From Thermotogota bacterium (GTDB lineage Bacteria > Bipolaricaulota > Bipolaricaulia > UBA7950 > UBA9294): a stretch of 25,253 bases of DNA. The position numbers and the translations under genes are program-made. The DNA is taken from NCBI GenBank assembly GCA_039679545.1, contig JBDKUT010000064.1, positions 1 through 25,253 of the forward strand. The letters are read 5' to 3'. Each line of letters opens with the position of its first letter. Within the stretch, counting starts at the first letter, position 1. Positions 1-8,832 of the stretch are shown piece by piece. The notes beneath the pieces are model-generated. The model did not search any database. It had not been told where the DNA came from and saw only the letters and a program-made list of their open reading frames with translations.

Positions 1-1000
1 CGGGCTCGCGTGTCATCAGGTCCAGGACTGTCTTCGTGTACTCGTACGTCATCTCGGTCGACGGGTCGCCCGAGTACTCGCCGTAGTTGGCGAGCTCTTT
101 GCCAAACCCGAGGTCGACGACGGTGTCGGTGTAGATGACGCTCGCGCCGCCGCCGGCGACGAGGAGCCACACGCGCCCTTGCGGGTTGAGCACGGTCAGC
201 TTGAGCGAGGCCCCCGTCTTCTCGTCGAGCGACTTCACGTAGGCCTCTTCCTTCGTCATCGTCGTCCCGAACGCCTTCGGGAACTCGACCGGGCCCCACT
301 TCTCGGCGCACTGGAACGCGGCCGTGTCGTCGAGCTTCGCGACGCAGTCGAGGGGTACGAGGGCGCCGTCCTTGGAGAACGTGAACGGGTTGAACTCGAG
401 GTAGGTGAAGTAGTAGTCGGCGAAGACGCGGTACAGAACCTCGATGAACTTCGCGACCTTCTCTTGGTTCGGGATCTTCGGGAGCTTCTTCGCCACGCGG
501 ACGTCTTCGGGCTTGTCGAGCACCGGCACGTCGATGTGGACCACGGAGTCCCACGCCTCTTCGACGTTGATTCCGCCCTGGGTCGAGAAGTGGATCGTGT
601 CGTGGTCGCGGTGCGCGGTGAACGCGAGGTAGTACTCGACCTCGTGCGGGACGAACGGCTCGATCATGAAGTGCGTGAGGACGCCCGTCGTCTTGCCGGT
701 CGTTTGCTCGATCGTCACTTCCTTGTTCATCCGCTCGCCGATCCAGGCCTTGACCTCGTCGAACGTCTTGTCGACGGCGAGGAGGTTGTTCTTGCCGCGC
801 TTGCCGAACAGCTGGTCGGGCTTGGCGACCAACTTGGTCGTCTTGAGCCACGGGTACTGCTTGGGCAGCGCCGCCATGTCGGTCTCCGGCGTCACGAGGA
901 CGAGCCGGTCGTCGAAGGCCAACTCTCCTGCAGAGAGCTGGCTGACCGCCTTGGCAATGATCCGCTTCGCGTCGACTTCGCGAATGCCTTTCTGTGCCAT
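1..1000 (-). CDS. aclB: ATP-citrate lyase beta subunit (ATP-grasp/citrate-binding); runs off the window edge
   Basis: Not in the ORF track; translated by hand from ATG at 1000 (RBS AGGAGAG): MAQKGIREVDAKRII...LVAKPDQLFGKRGKNNL...YLEFNPF...LDCVAKLDDTA...GASLKLTVLNPQGRVWLLVAGGGASVIYTDT...LANYGEYSGDP. These are the hallmark ACL N-half motifs. Confidence 0.93.
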   Translation of the reverse strand, partial: MAQKGIREVDAKRIIAKAVSQLSAGELAFDDRLVLVTPETDMAALPKQYPWLKTTKLVAKPDQLFGKRGKNNLLAVDKTFDEVKAWIGERMNKEVTIEQTTGKTTGVLTHFMIEPFVPHEVEYYLAFTAHRDHDTIHFSTQGGINVEEAWDSVVHIDVPVLDKPEDVRVAKKLPKIPNQEKVAKFIEVLYRVFADYYFTYLEFNPFTFSKDGALVPLDCVAKLDDTAAFQCAEKWGPVEFPKAFGTTMTKEEAYVKSLDEKTGASLKLTVLNPQGRVWLLVAGGGASVIYTDTVVDLGFGKELANYGEYSGDPSTEMTYEYTKTVLDLMTREP

Positions 1001-1008
1001 CGTCTCTC

Positions 1009-2313
<1,305 letters not shown>

Positions 2314-2340
2314 CGCGAGAACGTTCCTCCTTACGCCTTT

Positions 2341-3126
2341 CTAGCCTGCACGAGCTTCTTGTGTCGCCAATCCTTGGGTGATGCGCTTCGCCGCGTCGAC
2401 GACGAGCCGGATCAGCCTCTGCCGGTTGTCCTCTTCGGCGCGTAGCTTGGGAACCGAGACCCCGATCGAGCCCACGACACGTCCCGACGGAGAGAAGACG
2501 GGGGCCGCGATGCCGTGGGTGCCCATGATCGTCTCGCCGTGGCTCTCCGCGTAGCCAAGCTTGCGGATCCTGTCGAGCTCCTTCTTCAAGTCCGCGGGCG
2601 ACGTGATCGTCGTGTCGGTGAACCGCGGCAGCCCGACGTCGCCGATGACCGCCTGCCGCTCTTGAGTCCCGAGGTGGGCGAAGATGGCCTTGCCGGTCGC
2701 GCCGGCGTGAAGCGGGTATGTTTCTCCCAACTCGTAGGAGACACGCAGCGCGTGGGTTCCGTCAACCTTCTCCAAACAGACACCCACGTGCTCGCGGAGT
2801 CCGCAGAGCAAGGCCGTCTCCCCCGTCTCGCGCGCGATCCGTTCCATGTGCGGCAACGCGACCTCACGCAACGGCTTGCGTGCCATCGTCGCCGCAAGCT
2901 CAAGGATCCGGCCGCCGAGCCGATAGCCCGAACCGCCGGGGGCCCCTTCGACAAAGTTGTGGGCCTTAAGAGCCGAGATGTAGCGGTACGCGGTGCTGCG
3001 GGGAAGCTGGAGCCGCTCGGCGATCTCCGCGACCTCGAGAACGGGGGTCGCCTCACTGAACAGAGTCAAGATCCGTACACACTTCTCCAGCGTGTTCAGG
3101 GACTCCTCAACCTCCGGCGATCCCAT
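2341..3126 (-). CDS. IclR-family transcriptional regulator
   Basis: N-terminal HTH (VAEIAERLQLPRSTAYRYISAL) and IclR effector-domain motifs (PLHAGATGKA, FTDTTITSP, IRKLGYA, IAAPVF). Confidence 0.93.
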   Translation of the reverse strand: MGSPEVEESLNTLEKCVRILTLFSEATPVLEVAEIAERLQLPRSTAYRYISALKAHNFVEGAPGGSGYRLGGRILELAATMARKPLREVALPHMERIARETGETALLCGLREHVGVCLEKVDGTHALRVSYELGETYPLHAGATGKAIFAHLGTQERQAVIGDVGLPRFTDTTITSPADLKKELDRIRKLGYAESHGETIMGTHGIAAPVFSPSGRVVGSIGVSVPKLRAEEDNRQRLIRLVVDAAKRITQGLATQEARAG

Positions 3127-3148
3127 CTGCTGAGATCGCGAGTCTCAG
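3119..3148. promoter_or_regulatory. Putative IclR operator overlapping the regulator's own start
   Basis: Imperfect palindrome GATCCCA-TCTGC-TGAGATC (3119-3137) and overlapping CTGAGA-N7-TCTCAG (3130-3148); the first matches the motif at 10802-10818. Confidence 0.55.
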
Positions 3149-3157
3149 GATACGAAG

Positions 3158-3185
3158 ATCCTACCGTTGAGCGGACCGATGTCAA
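3158..3185 (-). promoter_or_regulatory. Sigma70-type promoter for iclR-icd-aclB
   Basis: TTGACA (3185-3180) - 16 nt - TAGGAT (3163-3158) on the minus strand. Confidence 0.65.
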
Positions 3186-3332
3186 GGGGGTGTGGCGCTG
3201 CCGAGCGACCTACCCCGCGGAGCATGTGCAAGAACGACGCGTTCGCCTGCCCCCGTCGCGCCAGGTTCTTGGCTGGGGCGTAGCACTATGACGCTCTTCT
3301 GGAGTCCTGCACACCCGGAAGGATCCGAACGC

Positions 3333-6020
3333 CTAGTGAATGCCGTACTTGCGCTTCCGCGCCACAAGAGCAGCTTCACCGCCATCCAGGACACCGAGCA
3401 CTGCATCCCGAATCGGGCTTTCGGAGCAGGCGAGAAACCCGCTGTTCGTGATCGTGCCGATCGAGCCGTTCGACTCGACATGCATGATGAGCTCTGAGTC
3501 AGTTAGCACAACAAGATTGGCGTTGTGTGACGTCAACACGAACTGCTGGTTCACCTTGCGCGCGACGAACTCTGGCGCCACCACGTCCGCAATGTGTCGG
3601 TTGTCCAGGTTGTCTTCGGGCTGGTCGATGACGAGCGGTCCCTCACTGATCATGACAAGGATCGGGAAGATCGCCGTGCAGCGCTGGCCCGCTGAGACGT
3701 TCTGGATAGGGGCGAGATTGCCGTTGGGCAGGACCATCGAGAGCTCCACGTCGTCGTCATCAAGCACGCTCAGAAACTCTACTACTTCAGCCTTCCAGAG
3801 CAGGCTGTCGATTGCCCATCCGGGCGCTTCGGTATCGAAACGGGAGTAGCCGTCAAACAGGTCGCGAAGGCTCACGTAGCTATCGGCGCTGCCGTACCTT
3901 TCGAGGTACCTGAACAGCTCCGTTGCCGTAGCTCCATAGGATCTCGCGTACCTCTCTCGGCCCGTCCTGTCGGCAGATTTCTTCAGTTTGGCATGGGTAC
4001 CCGCATTCCGCGAGTTGATGCGCTGTACCACATCCTCACGGAGGGCCACAATCCTGGCGCGGTCGGTGCAGATCTCCTCGCACGAGGCGCGAATCGTCGA
4101 CGCCAACTGGCGAATCTCCACCGCTATGCTCTCGCACTCGCGTTCGATCTCCGGCAGCGACTTCGTCTCCTCAATGATCTGGATCTGCCTGGTAAGCACA
4201 TCCCTCTCGGCTGCCGGCAACGCATTCACCTTTGGGTCGTACACGTTCGCACGAAACCCCGAGAAGGCCGCCTTCGCCTCAGCAAGAAGAGCGCCGATCC
4301 TCGCAGCGACGCCAGAGAAGCCCTCTGCAAGTCCGTCGCGGGACCGATCACGAAGCACCCGTAGTGCTTCGTGCTCCGCCTTGGCCTCTGCAACCAGAGG
4401 TTGTATCTCTGCCGGGTAGGATTGCGGAGCCGCTAGGTCATCCGTGAATGCTCCAAAGAGCGTGTCGAGACCAGTTTCGACATCCTGTCCCGCCTTGGCG
4501 GCTGCCTTGCTCAGAGCAGTCAGGCGCTGTTCGCAGGCGAGATGCGCTTCGTAGTCCTTCTGCAGCGCTGCGAGCTTCGCTTCCTCCAACTTCTCGAGGG
4601 TCTTCCTCTTCTCGCGTAGAGCGTCCCGCCTCGTTAGACTCTCGTTCAGGTGCTTCAGCTTCCGCTGGAAGACTGGGAGCTGGTCACGAGCTGCCTCAAC
4701 TTCCTCGTCAATGGCTCCATGGAGCCGGTGTACCTCTTCCTCAATCCCGACTCTATCGAGGAGTGAGATCCGAGCCCGCGCGTCATCTGCGATACCCTCG
4801 ATCTCGTGCCAGCCAAGCACCGACGCTCGGAAGCCGGCTTGCTGAGCATCTTCTACCTCCTCCGGTGGAGCTCCGTCACGGTGCACAACCAGGCGGCCCT
4901 GCGAGTCTGCTCGCCTAGTCAGAAGTAGCTTGCTGCCTGAGGCCGACTCCACAAGGCAGGAAACGAACCCGCTCGATCCGAGGACGTGAGACACATGGCT
5001 TGCGATTTCCTTGGCGCGCTTCTCCGGCAGCGCGGTGCCTAGGACAAACCGCAAGCACTCCAGAATCGCCGTCTTGCCCGAGCCTTTGCAGCCAATAAGG
5101 CAATTCATGCTGGGATTCAGCAGTATCCATTCGTCGCGGATGAACTGACCGCAGATGCGGAGACCGACGATGCGTCCAGTAGGAACAGGGGGTTCTTCTA
5201 GTTGTGTCCGCCCTCGGAATGCCAAGGCCTCCTGAACCTCAAGGAAGGTGCAGTACTCGCACTTGACCCACGTGTAGCGGCTCCGGCTGGCTAGGTGCTC
5301 GTGCGAGTGCGCATCGCTTGAGCGGACGCAGGTTGCGTGGGGAATGGTCAGCCCAGCTGACGTACGCTGGTTCCCCCTGAAGAACCCCGCGGTGCGTTCG
5401 TCGAGCACCTCCAGCGCGCTGAAGATGCCTTCACTGACCCACTGCAGGAACGCAGGGTCATCGTAGATATCATCGATGCTGCGCGACTTCGACGGCTGCC
5501 TAGACTGGTGGAGGTGTGCCGGGATGAAGAGAGCTCCCTCGTCGCGGAAGAACCTCGCGACATCGTCCACACTGGAGGTGTACCCCACGACGCCCGTCTG
5601 ACTCGTTCGGCTCGCCAGTTCCTGATGAGCCTTCTCCAGGATGAAGCTGTAGTCCTGGCGCTGGTTCGGATCGATGATGACGAGGCAGTGGTAGAACTGG
5701 TCCTTCGCAATCTTCTTGTCCACCGCATCAACGAACAGGTTGATCTCTGCGCCAGGAAGGAGAGTGACACCCGGAGATAGCCGCTGCAGTCTCTCGAGCG
5801 TCTCCCTAGGCGTCACGCGGCCATGCTCGACTATGGCGGCGATTGAGTACCCGCCAGTGGCCAGTGCGCTCCCCAGTTTCTCGAATGCGTCCGGCGCCCT
5901 ATACTCGTATCCTGGGTCAGTTGGTGAATGAACGTGCAGATCTAGCTTCCGAAACACACCCCCCAGCGGCCTGGAGTGCCGGACGAGTTCCGCCTCAAAC
6001 TCCGCAACATGGTTCGTCAT
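3333..6020 (-). CDS. PHP phosphoesterase fused to coiled-coil SMC/ABC-type ATPase (Ppl/TrlF-like, probable anti-phage protein)
   Basis: PHP motifs DLHVHS, GAEI, YHCL, PAHL, SSDAHS; Walker A GCKGSGKT; long coiled coil; signature VSAGQR; Walker B/D-loop LVIDQPEDNLDN; H-switch TSHNAN. Codon usage looks less GC3-biased than the flanks. Confidence 0.85.
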   Translation of the reverse strand: MTNHVAEFEAELVRHSRPLGGVFRKLDLHVHSPTDPGYEYRAPDAFEKLGSALATGGYSIAAIVEHGRVTPRETLERLQRLSPGVTLLPGAEINLFVDAVDKKIAKDQFYHCLVIIDPNQRQDYSFILEKAHQELASRTSQTGVVGYTSSVDDVARFFRDEGALFIPAHLHQSRQPSKSRSIDDIYDDPAFLQWVSEGIFSALEVLDERTAGFFRGNQRTSAGLTIPHATCVRSSDAHSHEHLASRSRYTWVKCEYCTFLEVQEALAFRGRTQLEEPPVPTGRIVGLRICGQFIRDEWILLNPSMNCLIGCKGSGKTAILECLRFVLGTALPEKRAKEIASHVSHVLGSSGFVSCLVESASGSKLLLTRRADSQGRLVVHRDGAPPEEVEDAQQAGFRASVLGWHEIEGIADDARARISLLDRVGIEEEVHRLHGAIDEEVEAARDQLPVFQRKLKHLNESLTRRDALREKRKTLEKLEEAKLAALQKDYEAHLACEQRLTALSKAAAKAGQDVETGLDTLFGAFTDDLAAPQSYPAEIQPLVAEAKAEHEALRVLRDRSRDGLAEGFSGVAARIGALLAEAKAAFSGFRANVYDPKVNALPAAERDVLTRQIQIIEETKSLPEIERECESIAVEIRQLASTIRASCEEICTDRARIVALREDVVQRINSRNAGTHAKLKKSADRTGRERYARSYGATATELFRYLERYGSADSYVSLRDLFDGYSRFDTEAPGWAIDSLLWKAEVVEFLSVLDDDDVELSMVLPNGNLAPIQNVSAGQRCTAIFPILVMISEGPLVIDQPEDNLDNRHIADVVAPEFVARKVNQQFVLTSHNANLVVLTDSELIMHVESNGSIGTITNSGFLACSESPIRDAVLGVLDGGEAALVARKRKYGIH

Positions 6021-6034
6021 TTCGCCACGTGCGA

Positions 6035-6064
6035 AGTCTATCGCGATCCCTAGCAGCAGCGCAA
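6035..6064 (-). promoter_or_regulatory. Possible promoter for the PHP-ATPase gene
   Basis: TTGCGC - 18 nt - TAGACT, ending 14 nt upstream of ATG 6020. Confidence 0.35.
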
Positions 6065-6341
6065 TGCTACGCTCTCCTCAGAGAAGTGCACTGCTTGGCC
6101 ATGGCGGGTCGTCGCGGCCCAGTCACCTGTCCAGCGCGCTGCGACTGGTCCGCATTCTGCCTCAGAGTCGCCCGGCGCGAGGGCGGGTTCAGCCCTTCAG
6201 TGGCCCGCCCGCTCGCAGTCCGCGCCTCTTCCTGACGCGTGCGACAGCACTCTCGTCTGCATCTTGATTGCTGCGCCGGAGAGGTTGTATCAATGCCGGA
6301 TGACATGGCATCTCTGGTGTCGTTCCGGACACGCCCGCCGC

Positions 6342-6398
6342 GTGTGCGGCAATAACCCTCCCGCGTTGAGCCTCGCGCCGTCTCTCTGAAGGATCGTG
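6342..6398 (-). pseudogene. Degenerate, frameshifted relic of an aconitase 3' end (att-like repeat)
   Basis: 6342-6365 matches 8852-8875 at 20/24 nt (12-nt exact core). Translation HDPSERRRE-(frameshift)-LNAGGLLPHT parallels the aconitase C-terminus QDLSEREKAMLRAGGLLAYT. Confidence 0.65.
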
Positions 6399-6479
6399 CG
6401 GTGTGGCCCATTCCCTCCAGCGCTGGCACCCCGGGCTCGCAGCGCGTCTCAAAGCAGCACGAGGTACGATCCGCGAAGG

Positions 6480-8228
6480 TCAGTAACAGCAGTAGCCCTT
6501 GTTGTGGCACACCACGCCTTGCGATACAAACCTGTGCGATGGGAAGTCCACAGTCAGGTCAAAGACTTCGAACGCGCCGTGCTCGACGACTATGCGTCGG
6601 ACAACCTTCAGGCTTCCGTCCTCCGCACGAAGCCTCGTCCCTTCCGCGACCTGACCGGCAAGTACAACACCGTTCGACCCAAACAGCGGCTGGCTAGGAG
6701 TAAACCGTGCCGTGTCATCGAGCTTCACGAGCGCACTTGCACGTCTCACCGTGATCGCCCCGATCCGCCCGGGGCTCGGCCGCCAATCTGCGGTACTGCA
6801 CGTGACCTCGTCCCCTTCTGGCACTTCCTCGCCGCGTCGCACACCCCCTGGCACCGGGACCTCCCCCCCCAGCGGTATGCAACCCCCACCTCCCGAGGAG
6901 CGTGACTTGGGCGGAGTACGAGGCAAGGAGTCGCGCAAGCCTGGCGGAAGCAGACTCAGCAGCAGCTGGCGCTCCTCTCCCAACACTAGGCGAAGGTCTC
7001 CATCTTTACCCATCGCATGCACCACGTTCTCCGGCACCAGGCCGGTTGCCGCCCAGTCACCGCCGAGGCCCTGCGTGACACGAATACCGAACTCGCGGGC
7101 TGACGCGCGAAGCAGTTGTCTCCTCCGACTCGGGTCCGCGGTCTCCTCCGCCATGAGGCTGTAGACACACGCGGCGTTGAGATGGAGCCGATCCCGCACA
7201 TCCGGCGGCAAGTCCCGCTCCATGGACGCAAGGCACAGCAACTGGCTTTCGGCTTCAGCGAATGCATCTTTGCTGAGCGCGTGAACGACGGCAGCCATGG
7301 TAGCTCGCGACGGCTGATGGAGCAGCATTGGAAAGACCTCCAGCACTCGCTGAGCTGACACCGCGCCCTGGAAGCCAGCAGTGGTGGCGGCGCCGACGGG
7401 TTCACCTTGGAAACGCACGTGAAGCAGCAGCTTGCGGAAACGCATGGGCTGCGGCAGGTACTTGTTGCAGATGCTCACGACATTGCTGAGGTACTCCATC
7501 CGTCTGGCCAATTCGCCAACCATCGACTTCTGAATGCCACGTACCGAGACGAGGCGGAGTGGGTCTTCCCGATGTAGCACCAGGTTCACGTCAATCTCAT
7601 GTGTGATCCCGTCCGCTGCTATGCCCCGTGTCCGGCTCCGGGCGATCCAGGGCCAGTCGCCAGCCGCGGAGTCCCCGATCCTGATTCGCAGCACACGATC
7701 CGCTCTTCGGCAGTCCTCATCGAGCTCATCTGCAAGGACCACAAGCGCGGCGACCTTCGCCAGGTCTATTTCGTGGCTGCCTGTTCTCTCCATGTTGGCC
7801 AGCTCGCTGAGTCGCTCATCCAGTCTGTCGCCGCACCCGTGGCACCGAACCACAAGGTTCACGTACTCCTTGTCTTCCTCGCCTAGCACGTAGGAGTTCG
7901 TCTCGGCCTGCACGATCTCCCCCGAAACCCGCGGATGGTCCACCGCGCCTCTGAGACGCCCAACGTCGTGATACAGCACGGCGGCAAGCGCCAAGAAGAG
8001 CTCATGCCCGCGAATCCCGTCCTTCCCGATCGGCGTACCCGCAAGGCAACCGTCCAGTTTCTCCAGGACCCTCGTGATGTGCTCTGGGCCGTGCCCCTCT
8101 CCACCAACCGCGGCGTACTCGACGCTGAGCAGCCTGTGCTTCAAGACCTGATAGCAGGAGAAGTACGTGGTATCTGCACGACGTGAGAACTTGCTTAGCT
8201 TGGACTCTATCGCTAGTGCGTCGCACAT
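6480..8228 (-). CDS. HD-domain phosphohydrolase (HD-CE-like) + TPR-like region + C-terminal Hint/intein-like domain
   Basis: Start moved to ATG 8228 (RBS AAGGAGG). HD motifs HGPEHITRV, AAVLYHDVG, DHPRVS, VRCHG, LVVLADELD; TPR-end motifs LNAACVYSL and KDGDLRLV; GGGG|CIPLGGEV ... VFDLTV...HRFVSQGVVCHN|KGYCCY. Confidence 0.8.
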   Translation of the reverse strand: MCDALAIESKLSKFSRRADTTYFSCYQVLKHRLLSVEYAAVGGEGHGPEHITRVLEKLDGCLAGTPIGKDGIRGHELFLALAAVLYHDVGRLRGAVDHPRVSGEIVQAETNSYVLGEEDKEYVNLVVRCHGCGDRLDERLSELANMERTGSHEIDLAKVAALVVLADELDEDCRRADRVLRIRIGDSAAGDWPWIARSRTRGIAADGITHEIDVNLVLHREDPLRLVSVRGIQKSMVGELARRMEYLSNVVSICNKYLPQPMRFRKLLLHVRFQGEPVGAATTAGFQGAVSAQRVLEVFPMLLHQPSRATMAAVVHALSKDAFAEAESQLLCLASMERDLPPDVRDRLHLNAACVYSLMAEETADPSRRRQLLRASAREFGIRVTQGLGGDWAATGLVPENVVHAMGKDGDLRLVLGEERQLLLSLLPPGLRDSLPRTPPKSRSSGGGGCIPLGGEVPVPGGVRRGEEVPEGDEVTCSTADWRPSPGRIGAITVRRASALVKLDDTARFTPSQPLFGSNGVVLAGQVAEGTRLRAEDGSLKVVRRIVVEHGAFEVFDLTVDFPSHRFVSQGVVCHNKGYCCY

Positions 8229-8268
8229 GCGAACTCCTCCTTGTCGGCGATGCTCCACCCGCGAGGTC

Positions 8269-8277
8269 AGCATAGCA
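8269..8277 (-). promoter_or_regulatory. Possible extended -10 promoter for the HD-Hint gene
   Basis: TGcTATGCT about 40 nt upstream of ATG 8228. Confidence 0.35.
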
Positions 8278-8545
8278 TGGAGGCTATCTCCCCGTACTTC
8301 AAGAGCGGAAAGCCTCCACTAACGGCGCTTGTGCGGTCCTGGTTGGGCAGCGCGGACGCGTAGATTCCAGCTGAACCTCCGAGCCTTGATCTCACCAGAC
8401 TTCGAGGCTGCCTGACACATGCGGTTTCGCTCGTCTGGCAAGGGCATCATGCCACTAGCACCAATGTCCGGCGAGCAGCAGAATCCTAGCTCGTCTGTTG
8501 CACGGCAGGGCCATGGGGTCAGATCTTCGCTCTTTTCCTGCCGCG

Positions 8546-8588
8546 CAACGCCCGACCGCGCGGCAGCTGCAGCCGCCGCCAGGCGTTG
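8546..8588. repeat. Imperfect 43-bp inverted repeat
   Basis: CAACGCCCG-accgc-GCGGCAGC-tgca-GCCGCCGC-CAGGCGTTG forms a long bulged hairpin in the island's non-coding arm. Confidence 0.5.
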
Positions 8589-8832
8589 ACCTACGCGGCC
8601 TCCACCGGCGACGTGCCCAGAACGTGATGTGCTGCAGTCACAGGTTCCGCCAAAGAGAGAGCGGACGCCCAGCCCTCCAAGGCCTGCGCCCGCTCCCCAA
8701 GGCTCCGGATGAGTCTACTCTCTACCGGATTGGCATCCCTAACCCGTTCGCGACTCCGCGCGAGCTTTCTCGCACAGGGTCCGGATCAAGGACGGAGGCC
8801 AATCCGCCGTCCCGATGTCCGGCGCCTAACGC

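Noticed and set aside
3186..3270. Second aconitase 3'-end relic (KNL...MLRG) at the island's distal end
   Set aside because: Only two short patches match, their spacing is 18 nt off, and chance similarity cannot be excluded.
6501..6881. Canonical splicing intein
   Set aside because: The +1 residue is Lys, the block-B His is absent, there is no endonuclease, and the C-extein is only 6 aa; treated as a BIL/Hint domain instead.
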